Shown: positions 1 to 10,649, counted from the first letter of the stretch. The stretch: DNA of 62,864 nt from a virus (IMGVR_UViG_3300032241_001240:1-62864), one strand, 5' to 3'. Numbers and translations are program-made. The notes: generated from the sequence alone by a model not told the origin.

Positions 1-1175
1 CCGCCTAAATTATTTTGCTGTGCATCAACAATTATATTAACAACTCCGTTGTCTCTAACACAAGGAAGAGCATCAAACACATCACCCATACTTCCATTTA
101 ATGTTGCGCCGGTGCCCCAATATATATGATAACCTCCTGTGTTATGGCCGTTACTGTTGAACATATTACCAAAACTTGTTACGCCAGGATTTGTACTTTC
201 TACTATTATACCAAAATTATCTAAACTGTAAAAATAACTCTGAGTTACTGTTGTCCAGCTAGGACCGTTATATGCCGGTGTTGTACCAACAGAGAGCCCA
301 TAATAGCAATATTCAAAAATACTTCTGGCTATTGTTGTATAAGAAACAGGATCATTTATGAGAATACCATTTGTAAAATTTTGAAACTGACAATCGATAA
401 ATTGTGCATCATATGTTGAAACAGCATTGCCTATACTTTCAAGTGTAACAGCAGAATCAGTAAGTAAGCCATCTCCATTAGACCAACCACCAATAAATGA
501 GACTCGTTCAAATCTAATATGATTATAACGCACCAACTGAGCTGCATTTATTCTTGCACCGTTGGTATTAACGGTAATATCTGTTACTCGTATTCTAGTT
601 GGCAAAATTGCGCTATTCAACCCAATATTTGCCGCAGTTTGACCTAGATTATCTGCGGTCTGGATCATATAATATAAATCACTATTCCCGCATAATATTG
701 TGGTACCGCCTTCGCTGTCGCCAATTAAATTCAAATACGGATATAACAATATCGGGCTGTTTATTAGATATGTACCTGCCGGCATGTGCAATTCTGTCGC
801 GGTAAGACCATTCCTCGGATAATTTTTTAGCAAGCTGGTTATAGCGTTGTTAATAGCTGGAGCATCATCCGTTATCCCATCCCCAACTGCGCCAAAATCT
901 TTTACACTAGCAATATCATTTAACTTGTCATTGAGAGTTCTAACAGAGGCAGCAGCTAGTTGGGCAGAGGAATTATTATATATTGTGGTAATAAGTGTGG
1001 TATTTGGACTATATTGCGTTAATATTTCAGTATTACCGCCATAACCGTTACTGTTACCGATAAACAGTTCTCTAGTGTCCAAACACCAGCCTAATTCTCC
1101 TTCTGCTAATGCGGTTGGCAAATCGGCATATAAACCTCTGCGATTTTGAATTCTTGAGATGGTTGTTACAGCCAT
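1..1175 (-). CDS. Virion/baseplate-associated protein with pectate-lyase-like beta-helix domain (3' end outside window)
   Basis: Not in the ORF track because it runs off the edge. ATG at 1175 follows a GGAGA SD and TAAATA. Translates MAVTTISRIQNRRGLYADLPTALAEGELGWCLDTRELFIGN (tail-protein N-terminal motif) ... SVKDFGAVGDGITDDAPAIN ... PAGTYLI (pectate_lyase_3-type entry motif). Confidence 0.8.
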   Translation of the reverse strand, partial: MAVTTISRIQNRRGLYADLPTALAEGELGWCLDTRELFIGNSNGYGGNTEILTQYSPNTTLITTIYNNSSAQLAAASVRTLNDKLNDIASVKDFGAVGDGITDDAPAINNAITSLLKNYPRNGLTATELHMPAGTYLINSPILLYPYLNLIGDSEGGTTILCGNSDLYYMIQTADNLGQTAANIGLNSAILPTRIRVTDITVNTNGARINAAQLVRYNHIRFERVSFIGGWSNGDGLLTDSAVTLESIGNAVSTYDAQFIDCQFQNFTNGILINDPVSYTTIARSIFEYCYYGLSVGTTPAYNGPSWTTVTQSYFYSLDNFGIIVESTNPGVTSFGNMFNSNGHNTGGYHIYWGTGATLNGSMGDVFDALPCVRDNGVVNIIVDAQQNNLG

Positions 1176-1263
1176 ATTGTTATTATCTCCGTTGTGTTAG
1201 ATATTTACCTAAGATTAGATATCAATTGACCTATTTTTAAATCTATGTTACAAACGTTAAACT

Positions 1264-2457
1264 ATGGAAAAATTCACAGTGAACGAACCAAACATTATAA
1301 CGCAATCTCTTCGAAATCTACGAGCACTTTTTGTTGATCGTGGGTTCGATATTCGTCTTGTGGGCGGATGCGTTCGTGATCTTATGGCAGGAGTTGAACC
1401 AAAAGATATCGATCTTTGCACTGATGCCAATCCTGATGAACAAATCGAGATTTATAAATCTGCTAATATTCGATATATTGAAACCGGTCTTAAACATGGT
1501 ACCATTTCTGTAGTGCTAGACAACACTACCTATGAAATTACCAGCCTAAGAACTGATGTAGAAACAGACGGTAGGCATGCCACTGTGGCTTATACTCGCG
1601 ATTGGTTAATTGATCTAGAGAGAAGGGATTTTTCAATTAATGCTATGAGCCTAACATTTGACGGCGAACTGATTGATCCGTTTAATGGCCTTGCTGATTT
1701 GCATCAAGGATTGGTAGCATTTGTCGGAGATCCAGAACGACGAATTAAAGAAGACTATTTGCGTATTCTTCGTTGGTTCCGTTTCCGCGGCAGATTTGGC
1801 ATGAGTATGAGTTACAGCAGCCGTCGTGCTATTGAAAAATTGATGCCCGGGCTGAATAATATCAGTAGAGAACGTGTATGGAGTGAAGTCCGCCAGATAA
1901 TTTCAGGAAATAATGGCCCTTACATTATGACAGAAATGCAGTTAATGGGCATCAATCAATATATTAATTTACCAAATGATTATAATTGGTTTGATGTAGC
2001 AGAACCAGTCCATGCTATTAGTAAAAATCCAGTTACACTTCTGGTAGCGATGTATAAACCTTCAGTTTTAGAAACGTTAACCGCTTGGAAAGCAAGTAAC
2101 GAAGAAATGAAATTAGCATCCTGGCTGTGTAAAGCATGGTGGTCAAATGAGAAAGAATCAGAACTCGCATTATGGTCACCTTTTAAATACATGGCTGTAA
2201 AAGGTATCAGTAGAGAATGGGCTCTAGAACTTGCGGCATTACGACAAATGGATGGATTTGACCGTGCTATTTTAGAAGTTTGTAAAGTGCCAATTTTTCC
2301 AGTAAACGGATATGACCTTATTGCATTGGGTATGAAACCTGGACCACATTATACCGAAATCATGTCAGATTTAAAAGAAAGGTGGGCAAATAGCAACTAT
2401 ACATTGTCAAAAGAAGATCTTTTGTCATTCGTAGATCATCTTTATAAAATTAAATGA
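1264..2457 (+). CDS. cca: Class II CCA tRNA nucleotidyltransferase
   Basis: Motifs VGGCVRD, DIDL, EITSLRTD..TDGRHA, RRDFSINAM and the intact templating motif EDYLRILR; C-terminal FPVNGYDLIALGMKPGP. Confidence 0.93.
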   Translation: MEKFTVNEPNIITQSLRNLRALFVDRGFDIRLVGGCVRDLMAGVEPKDIDLCTDANPDEQIEIYKSANIRYIETGLKHGTISVVLDNTTYEITSLRTDVETDGRHATVAYTRDWLIDLERRDFSINAMSLTFDGELIDPFNGLADLHQGLVAFVGDPERRIKEDYLRILRWFRFRGRFGMSMSYSSRRAIEKLMPGLNNISRERVWSEVRQIISGNNGPYIMTEMQLMGINQYINLPNDYNWFDVAEPVHAISKNPVTLLVAMYKPSVLETLTAWKASNEEMKLASWLCKAWWSNEKESELALWSPFKYMAVKGISREWALELAALRQMDGFDRAILEVCKVPIFPVNGYDLIALGMKPGPHYTEIMSDLKERWANSNYTLSKEDLLSFVDHLYKIK

Positions 2458-3144
2458 TCAAATCAGATTGTAATATTCTGCTACTCGTCTCCACCAACGA
2501 TTAGTATATTCTTCAAATTCTTCTCCTCGTACTATCCATTGTTGCGGATCTAAATCTTTAGAACACATAAGGATTACTCCTTGTTTGATGTCGGTTCCGT
2601 AAATTACATTATGCGATAATGCATAAGCTACCAATTGTGCCTTGTAATCCTCTACCCGTTCATCTGTTTTTGGACGATTAGTTTGTTTGAAATCAACAAT
2701 GCTTGGTATCCCTTGATACACACCTAGTAAATCTGTGGTACCTGCATACAGTTCTGGATAATATAGGTTTACTTCTAATCCCCATATTTCGTCTAAAAAT
2801 GGTTTAAGATAATTTTCTAGAATGACATTAGCCATTTTAGAGCTTTGTTTATGATAAAAATTGGTACCTGGTGTTGGATTTTCGCCATTTAGATATCTTT
2901 CTAAAAACGAATGCATAAGTGTACCTCTAAACGCAGCCTCTTTTGTAATTTCTGCCGCTTTCTTATCTCCTACACTACGTCTCCATGCTTCGAGAGCTTT
3001 TTTTGACTCTTCTGATTTTGTTTTATCCAAGATAGTCGTAACAGAAGCGAGCCTATTTCCGTTTGGATCAACATACTTTCTGCCATCCTGACCGCCGTCT
3101 TCGCGTGTTAATGGTTGATAGTTATATTTGTTCGTTATTATCAC
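2458..3144 (-). CDS. PD-(D/E)XK exonuclease (phage exonuclease/Cas4-like fold)
   Basis: SVTTIL, RGTLMH, E..LY...YAGTTD, IVDFKQT, QLVAYA motifs. Confidence 0.85.
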   Translation of the reverse strand: MIITNKYNYQPLTREDGGQDGRKYVDPNGNRLASVTTILDKTKSEESKKALEAWRRSVGDKKAAEITKEAAFRGTLMHSFLERYLNGENPTPGTNFYHKQSSKMANVILENYLKPFLDEIWGLEVNLYYPELYAGTTDLLGVYQGIPSIVDFKQTNRPKTDERVEDYKAQLVAYALSHNVIYGTDIKQGVILMCSKDLDPQQWIVRGEEFEEYTNRWWRRVAEYYNLI

Positions 3145-3185
3145 TTGTTTTTAACCTTTGATAGAAAAGAAAACTATATATGATT

Positions 3186-3734
3186 TTATATTAGGCTATT
3201 TCGTCTGGCATCTTCTAATTGTTTAAATTCAATTGTATCGGAAGTTTTGATAAATTTGCTAGACTGAATCAACATATCAAGAATTTGTTGCGTAGCTGCA
3301 ATATAATTGTTGCTTATAAGTATTTGTTTATTTTCTAACCATATCCAATACCATCCTTTTTTCACTTCAAGATGTGTAGAATTGATTGATACCCAAGTTC
3401 CTTCTGCAGCAATTTGATATATATTACCGTTCATTATCAATGGACCTTGCGAATTATTTCTAGATCTCTCCATAAGATTTGCAATTTTCTCAGGGATAGT
3501 TAGTTTTGGTCCATTTTTGCCAAATTCTTTAATATACAACAATCCTTTAATGGTGTCTGACTTTTCGTGTAACGATTTTATCTCATCGATACTTAAAGTG
3601 TCTACCATTTTTACCAATTCAATGATGTGAGGTTTTTTGCTGGCCAATAATAATGTATCTGGCCCATACATTGATCTCACACTATCACCATTGCAGAACC
3701 CAGGTAAATGTGTTACTTGTTGAAGTATTGACAA
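3186..3734 (-). CDS. Hypothetical protein (true start may be ATG ~3670)
   Basis: ORF fills the gap between co-directional genes; no motif recognised. Confidence 0.55.
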   Translation of the reverse strand: MSILQQVTHLPGFCNGDSVRSMYGPDTLLLASKKPHIIELVKMVDTLSIDEIKSLHEKSDTIKGLLYIKEFGKNGPKLTIPEKIANLMERSRNNSQGPLIMNGNIYQIAAEGTWVSINSTHLEVKKGWYWIWLENKQILISNNYIAATQQILDMLIQSSKFIKTSDTIEFKQLEDARRNSLI

Positions 3735-4368
3735 TTCGATTTACAATATAACCAAGTGTTGCAAAATAATTAATCACAGCATTCATTTGTGTATTATATG
3801 GCGGAGACAATAATGGATTACTCATAATTTGCCCCTGCCAAGCCCCGTAATAATCCTGACTTGGATAATAAGCATATACATAAAATATACCAGAACCAGT
3901 AGAAGTTAGTGGAATATAAATTGGTCTCTGAGCTATAGAATTTGCATAACTAGCTGCCAACATAATTGTATTAACATCAACATAAATTACATAGTAATAT
4001 GTGGCTTGCATCAAAGGATCTGGCAATGTTTCTGTGCTGCTAACAGTGACAATATCTCCTGTATTAAACGGATGATTTGGTATTGTTAACATATTGCCGC
4101 TAACAGTCCATGTTAACGGTATGAAAGGAGTACTATATGTCATCAATGTATTATTCGATACCTGCACTTGATAAACACCTTGGCTAATTGCGCCGTAAAC
4201 CGCTTGTTGTAATTTATTAATTTCTCCATTTACAGCTTCATCTGACGGCAAACTATTGCGTACATCTATTGCATTAGTGAAACTTGACGAAGGTGCCGGC
4301 GACGGATTATAAGCGTAATTATAATAGAAGCTGGTCCAATAATTTGCATTGTTTAGCGAACAAGACAT
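3685..4368 (-). CDS. Putative virion structural protein
   Basis: Low-charge, N/S/T/Y-rich. IPNHPFNTGDIV...LPDPL...YYVIYVDVNTIMLA is a beta-module typical of large-phage tail/baseplate proteins. AAGGA SD. Confidence 0.7.
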   Translation of the reverse strand: MSCSLNNANYWTSFYYNYAYNPSPAPSSSFTNAIDVRNSLPSDEAVNGEINKLQQAVYGAISQGVYQVQVSNNTLMTYSTPFIPLTWTVSGNMLTIPNHPFNTGDIVTVSSTETLPDPLMQATYYYVIYVDVNTIMLAASYANSIAQRPIYIPLTSTGSGIFYVYAYYPSQDYYGAWQGQIMSNPLLSPPYNTQMNAVINYFATLGYIVNRIVNTSTSNTFTWVLQW

Positions 4369-4384
4369 GATTTTATATCCTTGA

Positions 4385-4750
4385 TCATAACTCTAACTCA
4401 CCCGATTTGACTGCTTTTTCGGCTTGTTTATCTGCAGTTTTTGCAATAGTCTCTGCTTCTTTTTCGGCTGATTTATCACTTAGGGTGTCGGGTATGCCGG
4501 TTTTTATTTTGATGTTTTTTGGGCCGCTGCGTTCTACAATATCAGCAAACATAGGACCTGATAATAACTTCATGAGATCGTCAGCAGTCACATCATGCCC
4601 TAACTTTCTCATGTAAGTTACTGCTCCATCTTCCCCTGACATCGGTGCCCAAGGTTTATTTTTACTGTGATATGTTATAACAAAATCCATAAGATTATTG
4701 TTCATATCATCAGTAATTTCACCTTCTTGTAGTAGTTCTCTAATTAACAC
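4385..4750 (-). CDS. Hypothetical, putative head-internal protein
   Basis: N-terminus MLIRELLQE resembles a capsid-targeting leader. Confidence 0.65.
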   Translation of the reverse strand: MLIRELLQEGEITDDMNNNLMDFVITYHSKNKPWAPMSGEDGAVTYMRKLGHDVTADDLMKLLSGPMFADIVERSGPKNIKIKTGIPDTLSDKSAEKEAETIAKTADKQAEKAVKSGELEL

Positions 4751-4754
4751 GCAA

Positions 4755-7700
4755 TTAGGCCTTTATTTTATTGATAATTGCTTGATCAAATGTTTCTGGT
4801 TCGATCATACGTACATTAGAAATCTTACTACCGTGTAGCTCTAACCAATAAGCACGAGTGTCTGCACTTTCGAACATTTTTTTACTTTTACGACCGACGG
4901 CTGTGTTATAATGTACTCCGTAAGGTGTTGAATTTTTAACAGCTTCTAATTTTCGAGCTTTATTAAGAGCGTTGATATTTTGTATCATGCCTATTACACC
5001 TTCTTGCATGATTTGTCTCACAACACTCTTTTGTTCAGCAATCTTTTTGTTAGCGAGTATCATCTGTTGGCGAATTGCTTCTCCTTCTAGTCCATAACCA
5101 ACATTTAGCGGATCAGTTGCTAGACCTTCTGATACCATCTGTTTGAACGAAATTTTATGAGTTTTCATTTCCGAAGTTAGCTTTTCTAGGTGCAATTTAG
5201 TTTCTGCTAATGCTGCTAATGCTTGCTCATAGACTTCATGTTTCGGGCCAAATTGTTTCCATGCTGTAGCATATAGAACCCGTTCCCAGTTCTTGCCATA
5301 TCTCTTCTTGAAATCTTCCTTTCGATCATTGATAAATTCTTCAGCTTTTTTTCCAGGAGGTGCAACTTCAGTAACCTTAGACCCAGACTGCTTGCGCAAG
5401 TAAGCTGGGACATCTTCTTTATCAATGGCCTGATCAGGAGACATCTTTGTTATACGTTTTTCACCAGGTCGCATAGGCACTGAATTTTTAGCCGCTATCA
5501 TCGACGGAGTATCTGGTGATATTCGTGTTAAAACAGGCTTAGATTTTTTTGAAAAAATACCTTCAACAACAGGATGATCGCTATTAATCTTGGTGATTGA
5601 ATTCCATTCTTTGTCGGTGCGACTCATAACCTTTTTTTGATTAGCTATATTCTTCTTATAACCCGGCCAACCTTCTGACATCATCATAGCACCGCATTCA
5701 TTGCAACGCATCTGGCCATCCTTATCTTCCATATAAGTACCTGTACCACATTCTGTGCAAGTCATTGCGCCTTCTTTAATTTTGCCCCAGTGATCTTTTT
5801 GTTTAGCACGTATAGCAAACTCAATCTGTTTAACCTCTTTTTGTTCAGCGGCTGTGCGAGATTTCTTCTTCATTAACTTGTCTTTTTTAGCTTTTAATTC
5901 GGCAATTGTAAAGTTGTCCCACTTACCTTTGTCCTTCTTAGCTGTATGCATTTTTGTATCCCAAGCTTCTTCTAGCTCTGGCTTTTTAGCACGACCAAGA
6001 GCAGGTTCTTCAGATGCTGGTTCTTCAGCAGTTAAATCGCCCTCTGGCGGAGTACCCGCCGGAGCAGCCTGTTCAATATCAGTGGTTTCTGCTGGTACTC
6101 CCCCGCCTTGCAAGGTAGTTACAGCAGAATCTATTGTATCTTTAGTTTGTGTTGTTGTATCTAGCAATTGATCTAGTGCTGCTTTGACGGTTTCATTGAA
6201 CCCAGATGCAGATTCTGGCCCAAATTGAGTTCGCATGCTATCAACTAACGGCATAAGATCATTAACACTTAATTTAGCAACGTCTTCTGCCATATCTTGA
6301 ACTTTTCCGGATAGAGCTTTAGCATTTAGAATTAATTGTGCCTTGGCTAAATCTTCATTGTTAGGATCTTCATCTTCTAGTAATTGTGATTCTGAAACAG
6401 ATTTGCGCGTAGCACGACGTGCTTCATCAAAATGGTCATCCATTGCATGTTCTTCAAATTGAACATAATCCATATAATGTTTGCTACTGCTAATACATTC
6501 GCTTGCAGTTGTCAGCTTCATTGCTACCCACCCTTCTAATTTGTCTCCGGGTTTGATCATGTTAAACAACTTTGTACTGTATTCCATGATTAACATTAGA
6601 TTTTCGCGCGCAATGCTACCACTTGTTTCACCGAGTTCCATATCACTACCCATATCTTCTGGTAACTGTTGAGGCTCGAATGTTTTATAATAATCTAAAT
6701 AATGAAAGATTTTGTCTAAAATGTTTGCAGATTTTGTTAAACAACCGGCTATCCATGGTGGCACCTCACCGTTAGGATCAACTTGTTTAATCATGCTCAT
6801 TGCATATTTGGCATTGCGATATAACTCGCTACGAGCCATACTGGCTTGATATTCATAATGATGTGCTTGACTAAATGTAGCCTGCCCCGGCATTGATGAG
6901 GTATCAACGGTTCCTCTTGATAATGTATCGCTTTCTGCTAATACACCTTCTTTGTTGTAGCTCTTATTCTTTGTTTTAGCAATAGCTTCTGCGCGACTCA
7001 TACCGCTCCTCATCATTCTAGCAATCATTACGTCTGCAAAATCATGATCGCCGTCATGATCTTGATCAAGTGTGTCTTCATGAACATTATCCATGCCTGG
7101 ATTAGCAACATCATTTGTTTCAGCTGTCATTATTTCGAGGTCTTCATCTAAATCTTGATCTAGTTGGCCAGCAGCTTTCATTTTCAATTGTGCCAATTTA
7201 ACAATTTTTTTCTCATTATCTGTTAGTCTGCTTGGTCCAAATGCTGTACCCATATGTGATAGTTTATCACCAACTCTGCTAATTGCATTGAGACTGGTTA
7301 ATTCTTTTGCATCAGTGCCATGCGTTTTAGTTGCGTAATCAACCATAGCACGACCGAGGGAAACTATTTTGTTCAACTGATCAGGCGATAAATTTTCATT
7401 TATACGAGTTTCTTTAGCTGGCACTTTTGTACGTAAACCATATCCTGGTACACCTAGCTTACCACGTGCTAGATCTAGACCTCGTTCTCTCTTTTGCATT
7501 CTTTTTTCTGAATCAGGGTCAACTGTTGTGCTAGTATAATCACTTGAATGCTTTTTATCGGCGTTGTCGTAAGTTTTCCAATAATCATCGTGTGCTGCTT
7601 TATCATATCTTTTAGCGAGATCTTTTGAAATTTCATTCAAATCATCGCGATTTGCTGGTGCTGCACTGAAATTAAATCCGCCTTTTCCTTTATTTTTAGC

Positions 7701-8447
7701 TTTAACAGCTGATATAGCTGTTTGCGCATCTTGTGCAAAGATATATTGGGTTTGCGGTTTTCCGTGTTCGTTGTCAAAATTCACTTCCCAATAATTACCT
7801 TTTTCATTTTCTTCATCTAGGTCAACCTTTGGCAAACTTTTAACATGAGCCATGCGTTTGGCTAACAAATCTGAACCAAATTTTTCAACCCCAGATTTAA
7901 TCATATTACCGACATGTATTGGTCTAGGTAATGTCTTGATCCAGCCTAGGATCATTTTTTCATCTGGATCTAATTTACTGTCGTGAGTTGCAAATGCGGT
8001 AGTACTGGCAGCTAGTTTATCGGCTATACTAGCTAGTGCATTAGAAAATGCAGTTGCAGATTCACTGGTTTGTGGTACCTTTGCAGCAATTGCGCTTAAT
8101 TGTGTTGATATAGTTGGTTTGCCTTCCATAGCTTCATCCATTGTTGATTCGTTCATTTTCTTGGTTCTGCGACGTTTTGGAGCAATTTCTGTTAGCATAA
8201 GTTTAACAGCTTCAAGAATCAACATGCTTTTGATATACTCTGGATTCTGCTGATAACTATTGAAATCACTTTCTCTAACAATACGATCTCGCATTGTTTC
8301 ATATGATTTTTTGCATTCTGCTAAGTTAGATGCCGCATTAGAATTGTTGAGATCTATGTTAATTTTTATGCCATGAATATTTTCAAGTGTAGCCAGTATC
8401 TGAGATAATCTGACTTTATCGGTTGATTCAAACTGGTTTAAGTACAT
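4755..8447 (-). CDS. Large modular putative prohead-core/internal protein (1230 aa)
   Basis: Preceded by TAAATA. Has internal duplicated modules, many (L/I/V/M)xE sites between modules, a DQDHDGDHDFAD EF-hand-like loop and a CTECG..CNECG Zn ribbon. Confidence 0.75.
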   Translation of the reverse strand: MYLNQFESTDKVRLSQILATLENIHGIKINIDLNNSNAASNLAECKKSYETMRDRIVRESDFNSYQQNPEYIKSMLILEAVKLMLTEIAPKRRRTKKMNESTMDEAMEGKPTISTQLSAIAAKVPQTSESATAFSNALASIADKLAASTTAFATHDSKLDPDEKMILGWIKTLPRPIHVGNMIKSGVEKFGSDLLAKRMAHVKSLPKVDLDEENEKGNYWEVNFDNEHGKPQTQYIFAQDAQTAISAVKAKNKGKGGFNFSAAPANRDDLNEISKDLAKRYDKAAHDDYWKTYDNADKKHSSDYTSTTVDPDSEKRMQKRERGLDLARGKLGVPGYGLRTKVPAKETRINENLSPDQLNKIVSLGRAMVDYATKTHGTDAKELTSLNAISRVGDKLSHMGTAFGPSRLTDNEKKIVKLAQLKMKAAGQLDQDLDEDLEIMTAETNDVANPGMDNVHEDTLDQDHDGDHDFADVMIARMMRSGMSRAEAIAKTKNKSYNKEGVLAESDTLSRGTVDTSSMPGQATFSQAHHYEYQASMARSELYRNAKYAMSMIKQVDPNGEVPPWIAGCLTKSANILDKIFHYLDYYKTFEPQQLPEDMGSDMELGETSGSIARENLMLIMEYSTKLFNMIKPGDKLEGWVAMKLTTASECISSSKHYMDYVQFEEHAMDDHFDEARRATRKSVSESQLLEDEDPNNEDLAKAQLILNAKALSGKVQDMAEDVAKLSVNDLMPLVDSMRTQFGPESASGFNETVKAALDQLLDTTTQTKDTIDSAVTTLQGGGVPAETTDIEQAAPAGTPPEGDLTAEEPASEEPALGRAKKPELEEAWDTKMHTAKKDKGKWDNFTIAELKAKKDKLMKKKSRTAAEQKEVKQIEFAIRAKQKDHWGKIKEGAMTCTECGTGTYMEDKDGQMRCNECGAMMMSEGWPGYKKNIANQKKVMSRTDKEWNSITKINSDHPVVEGIFSKKSKPVLTRISPDTPSMIAAKNSVPMRPGEKRITKMSPDQAIDKEDVPAYLRKQSGSKVTEVAPPGKKAEEFINDRKEDFKKRYGKNWERVLYATAWKQFGPKHEVYEQALAALAETKLHLEKLTSEMKTHKISFKQMVSEGLATDPLNVGYGLEGEAIRQQMILANKKIAEQKSVVRQIMQEGVIGMIQNINALNKARKLEAVKNSTPYGVHYNTAVGRKSKKMFESADTRAYWLELHGSKISNVRMIEPETFDQAIINKIKA

Positions 8448-8517
8448 GCGACTAGATCTCCCGGCCCTTCGGCCATTTTATTGTTCGGTTATTTATATCA
8501 AATAGCCTGGAGATCGA

Positions 8518-8835
8518 CTAGATCGAAAAAGAAACTCCACAACCGCACGTACTTGACGCCGAAGGAATGTCAACTGAAAAATATGAACCATTTAGCTCAT
8601 TTTTATAATCGATGACTGCTCCTTGCATGATATCAAGACTTATCGGATCTATGAGCAATTTACCGTCGTCTAATTCCCATACTTCATCGTCATCTTCGAT
8701 GTGATCTGTTAAATCCCATACTTTTGAAAATCCCTGGCACCCGCCACTGTTGATAGATAGTCGAACAATTTTGCCAGTTTGTGCACAAAGAAGGCTGATC
8801 TGTTTACTTGCAGACGGTGTAATATTAATTTGCAT
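8518..8835 (-). CDS. HesB/IscA/ErpA-family A-type Fe-S carrier protein
   Basis: ITPSA..., GGCQGF, IDY....GS.F and C-terminal CGCGVSF. Confidence 0.92.
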   Translation of the reverse strand: MQINITPSASKQISLLCAQTGKIVRLSINSGGCQGFSKVWDLTDHIEDDDEVWELDDGKLLIDPISLDIMQGAVIDYKNELNGSYFSVDIPSASSTCGCGVSFSI

Positions 8836-9490
8836 TTCCTGCCAACATTTTAATAGTTTTTTTAGCGGTCATGCAACGATCCATACTACCTTGCATACGA
8901 CTTTCGTAAATATCACGTTTGGTAGAATCTGTTACAGTTGATAATCTACGTTTATATCTAACCGCATCAACTTTATGACTGGTATAAAGATCATCTTGCT
9001 CAAACAATTGTCTTATTTCTGGGCAATTAGCAAATTTGCCACTATTTAAAAGTTTTACAACTGTTATAGCTGTTTCATAAAGGCTTATATCGTCAGCTAT
9101 TGTGTCATTTGTTAAACTGTTATATATGCTGAAAAATTGCTTACCTGCTAGGCGTGTTTTATCTTCTTTAATAAGAATTTGATAACGTCCAACCTTAACG
9201 CCATTTTGAATTCGTTCGGTTACTATAGCATCTCTTACAATTGTATTTTGTGCAGACTCTGTTATCATGTCATCTACAACATGATTGCTGAGGCTGTTTA
9301 ATCTAGTTAAAACAGATGCCATCGCATCAACATCAGCAGATGTCACTTGTCCAGGACCTGCTAATTCAACAACAGTGGATTCACTCAACGACCTGTTATT
9401 ATTTTTAGTTGGCAATTGCTCTGGGACCGTGCCTTCCATGATGCTACGTAAACGTATCATAGCATCACGCTCTTCTGGTGTTATTGTCAT
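8825..9490 (-). CDS. Hypothetical protein
   Basis: ORF in a tightly packed operon; LSES and ITES putative processing sites. Confidence 0.7.
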   Translation of the reverse strand: MTITPEERDAMIRLRSIMEGTVPEQLPTKNNNRSLSESTVVELAGPGQVTSADVDAMASVLTRLNSLSNHVVDDMITESAQNTIVRDAIVTERIQNGVKVGRYQILIKEDKTRLAGKQFFSIYNSLTNDTIADDISLYETAITVVKLLNSGKFANCPEIRQLFEQDDLYTSHKVDAVRYKRRLSTVTDSTKRDIYESRMQGSMDRCMTAKKTIKMLAGNAN

Positions 9491-9491
9491 A

Positions 9492-9722
9492 TCAACTCTC
9501 CCATAACTCTTCTAAATCGTTAACAACAAAACAAAGAATACCTTCATGCATAAAACGAGTCAAGAATCCTCGTTTAACCAAATTGCGCGCAAGTTCTCGT
9601 TCTCGTTCATCTAATACAGCTTTTGGTAAAGGTCCAGAATGACCCCTGACTCGTTCTAATACAATATTTTCTTCATTACTAATGGGTTGTAACCAACCGC
9701 CATTTACTTCGATAAATTTCAA
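9492..9722 (-). CDS. Hypothetical small protein (winged-helix-like, LDERERELARNLVKRG)
   Basis: ORF in operon. Confidence 0.65.
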   Translation of the reverse strand: MKFIEVNGGWLQPISNEENIVLERVRGHSGPLPKAVLDERERELARNLVKRGFLTRFMHEGILCFVVNDLEELWES

Positions 9723-9725
9723 GTA

Positions 9726-10469
9726 TCATGCTCCCGGTTGCTGAGGTTTCAACATAGCCTTTGCGGCGGTTATTAATGCAGCACCAAGGCCTACTGCTAC
9801 ATTGAGCTTGCTTTCTAGATCTGGTGTAACCTTACCGTGTAATGGTGTAATCTGACTTTCTAAGCCTACCATAATATCTCCTATGGTCGCAAGTCGTGCG
9901 GCATCAGGATTATTGCGATATTCTCCATTTAAATTGGCTCTAAACAATGATTCAAACATGTTAGTAGAATCAGCTTCTTCTAATATATCGTCAACAACAT
10001 CTTCATTATTAATAGCAGACCCTGCAGATTCTTCTGTTCTTTCTGCAGCAGGTTCTAACGTCGCTGGTACACTTATTCCTGCTAATTGCATGATACGATT
10101 TATAGGATTAAGAGGTTGCATACCACCCAATACATTTTCATCTAATTTTGTTAATTTTGATGTCATAACCATTTTGGTACGACCTTCTAATATAATACCT
10201 GTTGTACCATCTGGTCCATCTGGAATAGATATTTCAACTTGTTGAGATTCGTATATTGCTATTTCACCTTGTTCCCAAACAACAGGATTTTCAATAGAAA
10301 TTTCATTTATACGTAACGGATGCTTTGCTCGACGACTCCACCTATCTTGTTCGGTATTCCATAATGCAATACCCTGGTCGTTTTGCTCAGCAACAATTTT
10401 CTTAAGTCTCATGTTAGCATCCCCCGTGTTAACCTGCAAATTTTCAAAATAATCTTTGAGTGTTTTCAT
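9726..10469 (-). CDS. Putative head-internal protein
   Basis: MKTLKDYFE leader and RIMQLAGI motif. Confidence 0.7.
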   Translation of the reverse strand: MKTLKDYFENLQVNTGDANMRLKKIVAEQNDQGIALWNTEQDRWSRRAKHPLRINEISIENPVVWEQGEIAIYESQQVEISIPDGPDGTTGIILEGRTKMVMTSKLTKLDENVLGGMQPLNPINRIMQLAGISVPATLEPAAERTEESAGSAINNEDVVDDILEEADSTNMFESLFRANLNGEYRNNPDAARLATIGDIMVGLESQITPLHGKVTPDLESKLNVAVGLGAALITAAKAMLKPQQPGA

Positions 10470-10624
10470 GATCTATCCTTGCTTATAGGAAATAAAGGTT
10501 TGTCCGATTGGTCATTATCAGTAGTTTGGGGTAGAGGACGTACTTCATGTTTTAATTGTCCGTCTTTACGAATGATGACAATTTCTTGAGGACCCGCTGG
10601 TCTAAACATATGATCTAATAGCAT
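10466..10624 (-). CDS. 52-aa hypothetical protein
   Basis: MLLDHMFRPAGPQEIVIIRKDG...; TGA overlaps the ATG of the next gene (ATGA); TAAATA 7 nt upstream. Confidence 0.55.
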   Translation of the reverse strand: MLLDHMFRPAGPQEIVIIRKDGQLKHEVRPLPQTTDNDQSDKPLFPISKDRS

Positions 10625-10649
10625 GATCTGATATTTATGACTTGATCGT

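Noticed and set aside
599-1044. Short plus-strand ORFs 599-805 and 847-1044
   Set aside because: Antisense to the real minus-strand gene 1-1175.
2458-3144. Cas4 as evidence of a CRISPR system
   Set aside because: It lacks the Fe-S cysteine set and has no cas neighbours; it is a common stand-alone phage PD-(D/E)XK nuclease.
8461-8476. Small ggcc-gaag-ggcc hairpin beside the SD of the 1230-aa gene
   Set aside because: A 4-bp stem is too short to support a call.
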